From Octopus sinensis (taxonomy: Eukaryota), in contig NC_043002.1 in the NCBI RefSeq assembly GCF_006345805.1, positions 60,636,001 to 60,700,000 of the forward strand: 64,000 nucleotides of DNA. Reading direction: 5' to 3'. Below are positions 26,126 through 40,630 of the stretch, piece after piece; the first letter of the stretch is position 1; each line of letters begins with the position of its first letter. The translations under genes were made by a program, and so were the position numbers. Under the pieces are notes generated by a model. That model was not told where the DNA came from. It did not search any database and was given only the letters and a program-made list of their open reading frames with translations.

Positions 26126-26321
26126 CATCCACTCGCTTGTTCCTACGGTTTGTCTGTTTTGACCGTGTATTTTCCAAGGGAGGTAATAACTAGAATATAG
26201 GATTCATGTAAATAGAGAGAGAGAGGGAGGGAGGGAGGGAGAAAAAGAAGGAGTGAAAGGGTGACAAAGGCAGAAACGCAAAAATAGTGGAATTATTGAA
26301 AAAATAGAAAACATCGACGGA

Positions 26322-26361
<40 letters not shown>

Positions 26362-26594
26362 GAGAGAGAGACAGACAGAGAGAGACAGAGAGAGACAGAG
26401 ACAGAGACAGAGAGAGGTACAGACAGACAGACAGAGAAGGTGATTATTATTGAGCATTTGTGTGATCAAATTGGAGGGACATTCGAAGCGTATAAGATAA
26501 TGAAACGATGACATGAAGGTCTATAGAATTGGGTGTTCCACAGCAAGGCCAGATTGGTATACTGCCATAATTCTGGGGGTTTTTCCTCTTTATG

Positions 26595-26597
26595 TTA

Positions 26598-26628
<31 letters not shown>

Positions 26629-28083
26629 ATTTGGCTCAAAAGCAAATAGCAAGGCCATGTAGGGGGACATGGAGTTAAGTACAGGGTGGTGTTCATGTAA
26701 AGAGTTCAGGCCACTTGAGGTCCAGGGAGGCTTTGAACAAAGCGGTCGTCGGCATCTTCACCATCTCGTCTGGCAGCTTGTTCCACGGATCCGCAACCCG
26801 GACGGAGAAAGCTCCTCTCCTTCGATTGAGATGAAATCGTCGCAGGTAGAGCTTTTCGGAATGACCCCGCAGCCGACGCTCTGGAGCAGGAGTGAAGAAC
26901 AGCTCTTTCGAGAGGTTACACTTCCCGCTTATGATGTTGTGGGCGAGAATGAGATCACTACGGCGGCGGCGTTTTTCAAGAGAATAAAGGTCGAGCGTCC
27001 TCAGCCTTTCTTCGTAGGACAAATTTTTGAGACCATGAACCATGCGGGTAGCCAGCCTCTGGACTCTTTCGGGGTGCTGTATGTCTTTGAGGAGATAAGG
27101 AGAAGAGGCTTGAATCCCATACTCCAATATGGGTCTCACCAGCGTGACATAGAGTGGCAGGAATATGGCTGCTGTGAGCATTCCGAATGACCGTCGAATC
27201 AAAAACAGAATTCCGCGCGCTTTGTTGGCAGCATGGACGCACTGGGCCGAAGGCGAAAAGGAGGAATCCACCAAGATACCCAGGTCCTTTACCTGATCGG
27301 TCCTCTCCAGCAGCAGTCAACCCGGCTCAAAATCAAGTTGAGATGCAGGAGTAGAGCCGACAGGCAGATGACAGCACTTTGACACGTTCAGACACAGGTC
27401 CCAATCGTTAGACCACTTCCAAATTTGGTGGAGGCATCGACGAAGATCCTCTATACTACCGCGAGGAGCGACCAGTTTGATATCGTCGGCAAATAGAAGG
27501 GTGTGTTGCGTGAGGTCGTCGGGCAAGTCATTTATGAAGACTAAGAACAACAAGGGCCCAAGCACTGGACCTTGAGGCACGCCACTGCTCGCACTGGAGA
27601 CGTCGGACCGCGAACCATTAACTTGAACTTGGAAGGAGCGATCTGAGAGGAAGGCACCAACCCATCGTACAATATCCGGATGGAAACTATATGCTTGAAG
27701 CTTGACAAGTAGTAGGCGGTGGTTTACCGAGTCAAAAGCTTTGGCAAAGTCCAATAAAACGATGTCAACAGCATCACTATCATCGAGGATGCGCGTCACC
27801 AATTCTTCCATTACTAGTAAGTTGGTCAAGCATGATCTCTTCGGCACGAAGCCGTGTTGGGAATCAGTGATCGAGGCTGTGTTTAGGAGGTGGAGCATCA
27901 TATTTCTTAAGGATGGTTTCGAACATCTTGCTGATTATTGATGTAAGGGAAACCGGTCGGTAGTTAAGCGGGTCTTCGCGGCTCCCTTTCTTGAAAATTG
28001 GGCAGATTATCGCTGTTCTCCAGTCTGCAGGTATAACACCCGTCGCCAATGACATATTGAATAGTCGTGTTAAGGGCTCGCAG
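26595..28083 (-). mobile_element. CR1-like LINE (second family), 5'-truncated, frameshifted, with (AACT)n 3' tail
   Basis: ORFs 27864-28055, 27317-27901 and 26693-27274 contain NYRPVSLTS, LDFAKAFDSVNH, GVPQG, FADDIKL and LYSLEKRRRR. (GTTA)n lies at ~26595-26628. Confidence 0.92.
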
Positions 28084-28199
28084 GTTTAAATGCTTATCAG
28101 TATGGTCATTGAAATCTTATAAATCTGGGAGTAGACAGGTGCATAACTCTGTACATATTGAAGGTACATACTGAAGAAACAGTAGATGTGATTGTTAAT

Positions 28200-28830
<631 letters not shown>

Positions 28831-29259
28831 TGTACAGTTTTCATTAAATGATGAGATTTCAACAAACGTTTGTGGAAATCCCTTCTTGTGTTTTGTATAT
28901 TGACATAGCGTTTTTAAATACGTTGACTTACAACGTGGAATTTCCACCAGGTCCTGCTAATTTATGATAATGAAGATGAAAATCTAATAGTTATATTATT
29001 AAAAGACGTGGTATTCTTTAGGAATGGAATAAAGGAAAGACATCGTCTGTCGTCTACGCAACGATTAGGCACAGATGTTTGTACGCTGACAATTTGGCAT
29101 AGCATCTGGAACATTCATCCTTCTTTTGTGTCCGTAAATTTCTGCTCTGGAGGCAAACGCACACATGGACACGCGTTCAGATTTATGCACATACAAATGG
29201 AATGAGTGAAAGTGAGAGAGAGAGAGAGAGTGAGTGAAAGAGTATGTGTATGTGTGTGC

Positions 29260-29295
<36 letters not shown>

Positions 29296-30156
29296 GGGGG
29301 ATTGCAATTTATTAATTGAAGATGCTTACCATACGCCAGTTCATACACGCGAAATGAAATATGTTGAAACAGATATAAAGGGACAGAGGGAACAAGGAGG
29401 AGCCGGAGAGAGAGAAACATTAAAACATCTGATAGCAAATAAGTCGGCGTTTACTCAGCGTGCAAAATAAGCGGCGCCGAAAAGCTGCGCCGAAGCGCCT
29501 CATACTCTTTTACAAGCTATGAAATGAATATGAAAGCGATTGTTAGCGATGCAAGAAAACAATGGTTTTTTTTCATGTTTATGTCTCTTGTTTTGTTTTC
29601 TTTTTCTTTTATATTTATCAATTAAAGCTGCATTAAACGCTCCTCGCAACTCCCCATAATGACAATTTAGTAAAGGAGGCTGTTAAAAAAATACGGAAGC
29701 CTTCCAAAGTAAGAACGTAACAGGATTTGTTTCACCTCATATGACGTAGATATTGAAATTTCAATTAAGCTCTTAGGATTATGATTATAATTAATAGTAT
29801 TGAGACATAATGAGAAAGCAACAAATTCAAACTAAATGAATTCAAAAGATTTTGAAAGGGTTTATTGTTCTCATTAAAATTTAAAATGTTCCATCTGCAT
29901 TTCAGAACAACGAGGTACTTCATGCACGATTATCGTCTTTACAATCTGTGGAGTACATATTTCTGAATCCCTGCAAACACATATACACACACATACACAC
30001 ACACATACACACACACATACACACACAAATACATACGTTCGTGTGTGCGTGTGTGTGTGTGCATGTGTATGTGTCTGTATGCTGAGACACAGAGACATAT
30101 ATGTATATATATATATATATATACATACATACATACATATATACACTTATATGCCG

Positions 30157-30248
<92 letters not shown>

Positions 30249-30886
30249 CATATATGAATTTATGTATATGATTATATATATATATGTATATTCACATAAC
30301 ATATATATGTAAGTATGTGCATATGCAGATGTGCATAAGACACTGAGAGAAAATGTGAGTATAAGGTACATGTATGTATAGATATCGTAGAATTTTTCCT
30401 CTATTTTCTTGGTACGAAATCCAATTTCGTGCCTAGTTGAATTCCACATGAAACAATTGGAAATATTTTTTTCCTAAATAGCATTTGATAGATTTTATAT
30501 TAAAACATAAAAACCTTCGAGAAAATATGAACAATTCAAAGACGGGGAAAAAAAAGGAATAGGTTTATAGAAAATATAAATATCACACAATGTAATTGTT
30601 AAATATTAAAATATGGTTTAAGTGTGTTCATACCTGTTGAAGACAAACATGGATGTATGTCAGGTGTAGAGAATTCAATGCATTTACGTATGGTGTCGTT
30701 TACCTATCTATATACATATACGTACATATGTATATATGTATATATATATGTATATATATATATGTATATATATATGTAACAGGTTTTGTTGAATTTTCTG
30801 CTGCTTTAAATAAAGCATATTACTCTACCACTGGTATTTGAGTACTCTTTTATCCACCTTGTTTCACATTTATGTGTTTACTCCGG

Positions 30887-30971
<85 letters not shown>

Positions 30972-31002
30972 GTAAATATATATATATATATATAATATAT
31001 AT

Positions 31003-31034
<32 letters not shown>

Positions 31035-31836
31035 ATATATATACACATACGTCCATACGTAGACACACACATGCACTCGCGCACACACACTTATAGATTG
31101 ATTCTCTGTGTGTATACAAGGTACGATAGCGTGTTTGTGTGTATACACAGAAACAGATATGAATCTATGTATGTGTATATATACATGTATGGTAAGGGAT
31201 TGTATGACTATTGGATGTCGAAATCAATCATATAGAGAGATTAAGGATTCATGAGGAATAACATTGAGAATATAAAGTTACGTTAATAGAATTGGGCAAT
31301 AATCGACTGAGCAACATAAAATAATGAATATACGAAAGACAAAAATAACATGTCCTGAAAATGCTTATATATACCAGCATCCTTCCGTACACTGACACAC
31401 AAACCTATACATGTTCATTATATGTTGACACAGTGAGAGGGAGAGAGATGTGATAAGAACAATTGTTATAAGATAATAACGTTTGTTGTAGAGAAATGAG
31501 AATTTGTTATAGAATGTAATAAAGGGTAAGAAAAACGAGAATGGAAATTTGGTGAAGAAAATATTTGCAAAGAAGATTCTCAAATATATATTCTACATGT
31601 CTAAATGATTGTTTTAATACCTATATTATTCTTGATGAAATATGGTATTTTACAATACTTTAGAGATTTGAATATGTTTTTTTTTTGCGGGGTGGGGGGG
31701 AAACAAAGGAAGGCAACCAACATGTCTGCGCATTTTTGATTTTACTCTGCGGGCGACAGTAAAAGTACCCCACCTACGTCACACACTCACACACACACAG
31801 CCACACGCACACACACACACACACACATAAACTCAT

Positions 31837-31872
<36 letters not shown>

Positions 31873-31929
31873 TGTGTGTGCGTGTGTGTGTTGCTTGTGA
31901 ATATGTGATTGTCTATATGTGTGCATATA

Positions 31930-31970
<41 letters not shown>

Positions 31971-31971
31971 G

Positions 31972-32012
<41 letters not shown>

Positions 32013-32164
32013 CGAATATACCTTATAAATATATTATATATATATATATATATAGTATATATATATATGTGCGGAAGTAGAACACCCCTATTTTGTTGGT
32101 TTCTAATGGACTGTGCCCTGTGCCACAATATAAATGGACATGTGCAGTGAGTGAAGAGAGAGAG

Positions 32165-33780
32165 TCATGTCGCCATTTTTGGGTGTTGTTGCTGATTTCT
32201 TTGAAACGTGAGTTAAATTGTTGAATTGTTGAATTGTTGAATTGTTAAATTGTTGAATTATCTTGCTGTTTTTGCCTGTTTTGGAGATTGATTCTTCTCC
32301 AGTTATAGGTGAAGTGGTGAAAGCCGGTGAAATGGAGCGTGGCAGAAGTTATGCATCTGCAACTATACAAGTTATTACGACCAATACCCTTGAACTACGA
32401 GAGATAAAGATAGAGACAAAGAAGTGGGAAAATAATACAGATTGTTACAAAAGGAAGGGGCGAACTTAAAGCTGATCCCACCAGAAGAAGTGATGAAGAA
32501 GGTAGCAGGGAAGGCGGTAGTGTACAGGACACTACTTCTACAGAAAAAAAATAGAGATTGCCCCAATAGAGACAGTTGAAGAATGTCTACGGGATGTGAA
32601 AGGACTAACCACCGTTTATACACGTGGGAAGAAATATGGCACAGCAGAGGTCAGGTTCTCTAACGAGGAGGACGCTATTAACCATTCCACTGAGCCCATA
32701 AGGACATAAGAGTGGGTGCTGCTTCCGATGTACTGTGGCAAACGTGTTGCCTGAGTGAGAGTCGGCAGAGTGCCCCCAAGATCGAAGAGACATAGCTGGT
32801 GGCAGCAGTCATGCACGGAATGGAGGAAGATGCAAGGATTCTGAAGATTAGGAGAAGGAAGGAATTTGATTATTGGGGCTACGGCGTAGAGATGACGATT
32901 CAAGTTCGGTTAAAATACCTACAGAGAATTGTAGAAGAGATTCTTCTAGCAGAAGATATTACGTTAAAAGTGATGGTGGAAGGAAGACTTCCAGCATGTT
33001 TTCTATGTGAAGAAAGAGGGCACGTGAAAGCAAGGTGCCCTCAGCAAGAAAGTAAAGTGGAGGAACAACAACGCGAGGAACAGCCCACCGAAGAGAAGGG
33101 ACGGAAAAGAAAGGAAAACAAAGAGAAACTGTTGTAAATAGCCGAAAGAGGAAAGAGCGGGTGAGCACAGGTATCGCAACATAGGGTGGGAGATATAATC
33201 GTGGATGACTATTCTAATGTACAGACGGAGGAACCAAGGGAAACGACTAGCCCGGACGGCCCAGATTCGGAGTATAAATAAGTAAGTGGGAATAAGAAAA
33301 AGTGGTGGCATGTAGTTACATATGTGAAAAGCCATAGAGTTTAAAGGTGCCATAAGGATTAAACTGCCAACAGAAAGTTACCCGGAACACACTAAAGGTG
33401 TGATGATTGACAAAGAAAGGTATAGAAGATTGAAAGAACTATTTGGAGATAGGGTGAATCCTTTGGGAGAAGAGATTGAATTTGAGGAACTACCAAGAAT
33501 AGTTAAATATGAAGAATTAATACCCTTACTGAATGGTAATAGAGGAGTCCTTTCAAAGGAAAACACAAAAAGGGAAATAAGATTTTTTAAATAATGGGGA
33601 AAAAAATTATGCAAATGTAAAAACAATTTCAAAAATTGTATAAATTAACAGATAAATGGTGTTGCTTGAGAGTGGGGCAAAATGCAGCCATTTCATCATT
33701 TTGTTCTCATTTTTTCATTCGTTTTATGTTTTTTTTGTCCCCACTGTGGTCCTGTCTTTGTGCTGTCCCCTCTGAGTTGT
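32165..33780 (+). mobile_element. ORF1-only (Gag-like, CCHC) retroelement relic, L1/Tx1-ORF1-like
   Basis: Degraded frame TRGKKYGTAEVRF...LLPMYCGKRV...VEGRLPACFLCEERGHVKARC, homologous to the 60.3-61.6 kb ORF. A YY1-like CGCCATTTT and (TTGTTGAAT)x5 lie near the 5' end. No RT is present. Confidence 0.65.
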
Positions 33781-34638
33781 GTAAAGGCGAGAGCTGCGTA
33801 TTCTAAATTGTAATTACAAGTATTGTGTATCTTGGGTAGAACGATCTGGGAGGACCTTATCTATTATACCTTTACATCGTACTTCGAACGTGCGCGACAA
33901 CAGTGGTGACGAGAATTTGGACAATATCGCCACAACATTGGCATCGAGGTTTCGAACAGTACCGAAATGGAAGACTTACTGAAAGCAGTGGTAAAACAAT
34001 AAGAGCAGCAGCAGTAGCAACTACACAAGTTAAGTGAGTTGTTATTGCATTTTCAGTTGACGGTGCTGCAAACTCCATCGAAGAATTTCTGTACAAACGA
34101 GATGAAGGAACTATCTTTACCGCGTATTGCAGATGATACGAGGGCATATTCAAAGGGGAATGCAAGGGATAGTCTTGTGAAAAGAAGGTAAGGTTCCTTT
34201 TGCAAAAACCTGCCCCTCCAGAACACAGAAGATTTTGTAACTTTATTTTCCCGAGAAAGCTCGGCGCAGAATTGTGTTTTGATGAAACGACAAGACACAT
34301 ATTTTGACTAATATTTTTAGCGAAAAAAGTTCGCTGTTTAATATTCTGTAGGAATGTTTAAATTTAAAGAAGAATCAGTCCGATGACTTTGTAGCATATG
34401 CCGTTATTGTTAATAAGGCTTGTGAAATGTTTAAGCTTCGAGAATTAACGCCAGATATGTTCAAGTGCCTAATATTCCTTAAAGGGCTTCTGCAACGGAA
34501 AACGCTGAAATTTGAAAAAGAATATTATTGAACTTCAACCAAGATGTTCAGCTAACCTTGCAGAAAGTGGCTGAGGAATGCCAAAAAATAATAAACATTG
34601 GAGAAGATACATTAAAAATAGAAGACAATAATGATATT

Positions 34639-34681
<43 letters not shown>

Positions 34682-35466
34682 TACAAACGTGTAAAGAAAG
34701 TATTGAAAGAAAAAAAGAGAGATAAATCCAAAACCGTGCTATTGTTGCGGGGACCTGCATTTTAAGAATGATTGCCCCTTTAAAGATAAAAATGTTTTAA
34801 ATGCAGTAAAATTGGTCATAGACAGTCAAAATGCTGGTTGAAGAAAAAGTGTAAAAAATGAAAAATCGAAGTCAGTCTCAACAAAAATAAATTATACCAT
34901 AGAAAAATTTGTGTCGGTAGAAATAAATGCTATTAGATACCGGTTTAGACGTATCGATAATACGGCAACATGAATTAACATGGGAAGGCCAGTATGCAAA
35001 AAACTACCAAGATAGCTCACGGTGTGTTAGGGGAATGGGTTTAATTCTTGGTTCAATTCAAAAAATACAGTGAATCAGTTTGGTACAGATTTAATGGAAG
35101 AATTCGACCTGTCGGATCTACCACTGAACACATTATGTAATAAGGTGAATGTTTCACATTCCGTGTCAGGTACTGCGTTGGAAAAATTGAAATGAAAATT
35201 AAAGACGCACCCTTATGTTCTCGCAGGAACTCGGGACGTGTAGAAAAATCAAAGTAAATTTTGAGTTGAAAGAAAATACGGTGCCGGTGTTCAAACCGAA
35301 AAGGAATGTGCCTTTTGTGGCGTTAAATAAGTTGAGAAGGAACTAGAAAAGATTGGAAAACATGGAGTTTATTGAAGAAGTAGACTACTCCGAGTGGGCA
35401 GCGCCTACTGTATATATGAGAAAGAAAAACAATGAAATATGAGTATGTGCGGACTTCTCAACAGGT
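33780..35466 (+). mobile_element. Gypsy LTR retrotransposon relic (LTR end, PBS, gag, start of pol), 3'-truncated
   Basis: An LTR-like end ...ACAACA (33902) is followed by PBS-like TGGTGACGAG (33904-13). Gag fragments include FKCLIF.KGL, knuckles CYCCGDLHFKNDC and CFKCSKIGHRQSKC, and the RT start SEWAAPTV...VCADFST. Many stops. Confidence 0.85.
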
Positions 35467-35479
35467 GAGTTAACCTTCA

Positions 35480-36270
35480 ATCTTGCCCCTGTGGCCTTGA
35501 GCATCCGGTGGCAGATATGTATTGCATATGACTATATTGTTTTGTCCTATGTATACAAATTAAGTAGGACAGTAGGACCTTGAGGCGTGAGGCCCTCTCG
35601 GATGTATACAGCAACTCCACTGTGGCCCCTTTTCCTTCTGTCCGTTCGCAATATGGTATATTTTGGTACATGGACTTCTGCATCCTCTATATAAGATTTA
35701 ATATGGGTCTCCACGAGTGCTATGCATAGGGATTGATGGCAAGCAAGTAGGTCTCTCAGAAAACATGTTTTTCTTTTGTTGTTGTCTTGCAACAGGACTA
35801 CAATATTTAGTAAACGTTGGAGTGACGAGTGTACTGGCGTTAGCGGAGGCCAGCACGTGTCTGTTGATTGCGGTGGTATTGCGCAGTAGTGAACAAAGTT
35901 TCGTGTTTGCGCTTGATGTAGGCAGGTCAGCTGCTGCACGATCTTTTGCACCATGCAAAGAAAAGACTATTGTTCCGCTACTGTCATATGCATAACACCT
36001 GAAGAGCGCACTGCATCGGCATTATACTTTCTCTTTTGAGACAATTGCTGCCACTCCCCTGAGAAGTATTTCTCCTTGAAGCCCCCTAATCAAATCTTCC
36101 ATGCGTTAGCATGTACCTCCTCGCGACGATTTAAACTTCCATTTAATCAAGATGAACTCGGCCTCACGAGTAGCCTCACGTGTAACCTGTAGTATACACC
36201 ACGCTTGGATATTTACCACTTCCGAGATTCCGCTTGCTAGGAAACAATGGAACCCGGATTTAATCTTCTC
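35480..36270 (-). mobile_element. LINE fragment containing the start of an APE endonuclease (CR1-like)
   Basis: ORF 35547-35954: CIALVETH...EVHVPKYTILRTDR...GVAVYIRE. Confidence 0.75.
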
Positions 36271-36299
36271 CATTCCTTAACTCTACTATATTCCATTGT

Positions 36300-36559
36300 T
36301 TTCTTTTACTCTTTTACTTCATTCAGTCATTTTGTTTGTGGCCATGCTGGAGCATTACCTTTTAATCGAAAAAATCGACCCTTGGATTATTCTTTGGAAG
36401 CCTAGTACTCATTCTATCAGTGTCTTTTTTTTTGCCAAAGCGCTAGATAACGGGGACGTAAACACACCAGCATCGGTTGCCAGCTGACGGTGAGGGACAA
36501 ATGCAGGCGCACACACACTCACATACACACAAACATACGCACGCACACACACACGCACA

Positions 36560-36596
<37 letters not shown>

Positions 36597-36735
36597 GACA
36601 GGCTTCTTTTGCTTTTCGTCTAGCAATTCCGTTGGTCGACCCGAGGGTATAGAAGACCCTTGCTCAACGTACCATGCAGACTGAACGCAGAACCATGTGG
36701 TTGGGAAGCAAGTTTCATAACAGAACACATACTCC
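36300..36735 (-). mobile_element. Family 1 SINE
   Basis: Tail, right module, microsatellite and head in reverse orientation. Confidence 0.8.
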
Positions 36736-36739
36736 TCTG

Positions 36740-36768
<29 letters not shown>

Positions 36769-36771
<3 letters not shown>

Positions 36772-36845
36772 CGTGAAGGGTGCTGAAAACGTCCTGCAAT
36801 TAAAGGTATCGCAGAAGGACTGGCTGGAGGCTCAAACTTCCGAAT
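36769..36845 (+). mobile_element. Mariner terminal fragment related to the 947-1800 element
   Basis: tacgtgaagggtgctgaaaacgtcctgcaattaaaggtatcgc resembles the reverse complement of 1760-1800. Confidence 0.45.
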
Positions 36846-36849
36846 TCTT

Positions 36850-36850
36850 T

Positions 36851-36927
<77 letters not shown>

Positions 36928-36950
36928 AGTAGTAGCAGCAGCAGTAACAG
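36850..36950. repeat. (TAG)n microsatellite
   Basis: Directly visible. Confidence 0.95.
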
Positions 36951-37928
36951 TACCAATAGTAGAGACTTATGACCAAGGAATAGCGATGGAAATGAGGTTT
37001 GAAACAAAAGGAAACTATAAATCCATGAGGTTAAGTTCTTGAAATCAGAAGAATAGACGCTAAAAACTCCAGCAGCGCAATCCTTGATTTGATAAATTTG
37101 GGAATTCCCCTTCCTCCGTAAAACTACATCCCTCCTCAAATCTGTCTGTCTTATGAAGGGAACGGACGAAGTAAGATGAAGAAGAAGAGAGACAAGAAAG
37201 ACGTAGAAGTGTTGTGAAAAACCGACAATGATAAAAAAAAACAATATAGTGTTAAGGAATCAAGTGAGAGATATAATCGACTGAGTTGCTTCCCACCACG
37301 CCATTCCACCCGTACAGCAGAAGAAATAATACAAAAATGCAAATACAAAAGAAGAAGAGAAATAAAAATACAAAAGCAGCTCAGACAAAGGCGCTGAGTA
37401 ACGAAGACAAGAAAGAAAACATAACAGCCATCTATGTTAAGCGATTATATGTGAAGACATAAAAAATGGCGTCGACAATTAAATGCAAGAAAATGGAGAA
37501 AGAATACAGTGCATTACTTGTTTTAATTAATATTTGATTAAGATATCAGTTAAGTTGATAACGTTTTCTCACTTGAAATGAAATTTATAATACAAACTTG
37601 TAGGGAAATTTAGTTATCATGTTTATTAAGCAATTTTCTGTATATATTTGTATTGATTTTTATTTTTTATGCATTAATATTCGTGTTTTGTTTTTCATTG
37701 ATATTTTGGAGGAAATTATCATGCATTTTATTTATTTTTATTTTGTCTGATATGTCGCGCATTATTGTATTTCGTTCTTCTCTTTGCTTGCTTGTTTTGA
37801 TAATTTTTTTTTTTTTTTTGAGGAGGGGTTAATTCTCTTTGAAGGAAATTTGTTTCTGATTTGATACCGAGAACAAGCAAAATATACAAGTGCAAAAATA
37901 TTAAAATGGCAAAACGAAAACTTAAAGA

Positions 37929-38004
<76 letters not shown>

Positions 38005-38147
38005 TACATATATATATACCTACATACACACACATACATATATATATATATATATTATATATATGTATATATATATACATATAGATATATATGTATATGT
38101 ATAAATATATATGTATACATATATACATGGATATATATATACATATG

Positions 38148-38179
<32 letters not shown>

Positions 38180-38220
38180 ATGTGTGTGTGTGTGTGGTGT
38201 GTGTGTGTGGTGTGTGTGTG

Positions 38221-38261
<41 letters not shown>

Positions 38262-38393
38262 GTGTGTGTATGTGTATTTATTACTACACACACTGATTTG
38301 AGCATCATTCATGCGCTGCAGAAGAGAAAAGATATCAGACTTCGGTGTAGTAAAAACGCTAGTAAACAATGACAAAGAAGCGGTATATATGTG

Positions 38394-38456
<63 letters not shown>

Positions 38457-39282
38457 ATATATATTTAATTTTGGATATGTGTGTTTGTATATGTATAAGA
38501 TTAAGTGAACTATCCAAAACGGAATGGAGAAAAAAACATGAAAATCAAATATAAACCAATTATAAGAACAAAATTAACGAAACCATGTTTCAAACAATTA
38601 GATATAATATTTCTTTCGCATTTCTTATTTTCGTCTTTTTTCCTTTGTATATTAAATTTTTCCTTGTACTTTTTTCGCTTTTATTGACTGAGATTGTTAC
38701 AATAATTTTCAAGACTCATTTCTTCGTTGTTATTATAAAATGTCGTTATACTTAATTTTCCATGCAACATTTATATTTCATTCTTTGATAATGAGTTAAA
38801 TTAAACTGAACAAATTATATCGATGTTTGTTTGCGCTTCGTATCTTTGTTACTTTGCGTTATATCACTCACCATCTGTTTTTTTTTCTTTACTTTATTCT
38901 TCTGCTTCAATATTACTCAATTTTTAAAGAAATATATTCTTATGCGTGCTTCGTTTGTGCATGTGAGTTTATATATCTGAATATGGGTAAATGAAGCAGA
39001 AAAAGCTGTATGTGTGTCGAACGTATGTAGATTTGTTTCTTTGATTTGTGGGTGTCGTATATATGGAGGATATATTATTAATTACGGAAGCACATGATTA
39101 AGAGCGAAGAAAGGATATAAACAGTGGCAATAAAACACAATATTTCAATAAGAAATATAGAAATGTATCAAGTAGTTATTGCCGGGACATATGTTTTTGG
39201 CACGGGCTAACACAATTTAGTCAAATTAACCACTTTATCTATCAACCGCTGCACAAATGAAAATGATTCTACGGAGTCATAT

Positions 39283-40630
39283 GACTTTCAAGAAATAGAT
39301 AGAAGACAAATCACCCTGAAGTAGAGAATATGCAGGCCTCATGAGGCCTAGTGGTACCATGTGGAAATAATAGGAATTTGCTGTCTCGAAGTGTGCGATG
39401 CTCACCTTGAAACAGGTGTAAAGAGCTGACTGAAGGGGAATAGTATTGCCAAACGAAGGGAGAATAGAAGACCCAGATGATGATTGCAAGTAACTTAAGA
39501 TCCTGGAGCTGCACATTATCTTTCACAAAGAAACGAAATTCAAGGTCATCACTTCATAGTTGAAGCGCCTCAAACTTCTCTTGAAATCAAAACTCAAATC
39601 AAGGAATCTTGTGAATGCTATCAATATATGGACCGTTGCTGTAATCCGCTACAGGTCACCCACCTTGATATGAACACATGTGAAGGTTAACCAACTCGAT
39701 CGCACTAACCGAATGCCAATGACAATACATGGTGCCCTTCACCCTAAGGCGAATATACACAAGTTTTACACGGAAAGGTGTAAAGGTGGGCGTGGGCTGA
39801 GTAGCGTATGGGATTATATCAAAAGTGAAAGAAGAAACATGGCAGAATGTTTGGTAAACAAGAAACAAGACTTGCTACTGTATGTTGCTAATGCAGAAGG
39901 ATTTAGCAAAATTGAACTTGAGAGTGCTTATGAATTCTGATCACGAATAGCCAACGAGAAAGCAGAAACCCTACACCACATGGAATTTCACGGTCAGTCC
40001 CATCGTGAAACTAACAAATTAAAAACCAGAAATCATCATGGAGATGTCTCAGCAAGAATGACCTAAAAAAGAATACTGAAAGCCTATCATGTTGAAGATA
40101 ATATAGACAGAGAAAAAAGATAGATACGGATAACTAAAAGTGATTTAAAACCGTAAACGAAGGCTCTAATTTGTACTCCCCAAGAGCTAGCATTAAGAAC
40201 CAATTACATCAAATACAGCATCGACAACACAACAGAAATTGATAAGTGCAGAATTTGTGGACAAATTGGCGAACCCGTATGACATATTACCAGTCAATGT
40301 GCGCCACACGCCCAGAAAGAATATGAGGCAACATAGCAAGAATTGTCCATTGGACACTTTGCAATAACTATGGACTTGACTGAACAAAAGCGTGGCATGG
40401 ACATAAACCCGAAGGCATCATCGAAAATGATAATGCAAAGATCCTATGGTATTTTGTGATTCAATGTGATCATGAGATAGAGAATAAGAAACCAGACATA
40501 GTGTTAATTGAGAAAGAAAGCAAACGATGCTGGATCATAGATATAGCATCCCCAGCTGACAAGGTGTGCCATAACGAAGAAAAGTATCTATATATATAAC
40601 AGGTTAGTGTGGGAGGTTAAGCAGTTGTGG
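39283..40630 (+). mobile_element. R4/Dong-type RLE LINE, family B, degraded
   Basis: Fragments: LKRLKLLLKSKLKSRNLVNAINIWTVAVIRY, HGALHPKANI..FY..R..GGRGL, CRICGQIGEPV.HITSQC, KPDIVLIEKESKRCWIIDIASP. Confidence 0.85.

Noticed and set aside
26669-27320. ORFs 26669-27190 (+) and 26976-27320 (-)
   Set aside because: Antisense or alternative frames of the GC-richer CR1 element.
29455-29510. GC-rich ggcgccgaaaagctgcgccgaagcgcc, resembling a transposon end
   Set aside because: No partner end was found in the window.
36741-37480. 167-aa minus ORF, GGGAATTCCCC (NF-kB-like) and a CGCCATTTT (YY1-like) motif
   Set aside because: The ORF runs through (TAG)n and (TA)n, and short motifs are expected by chance without expression data.
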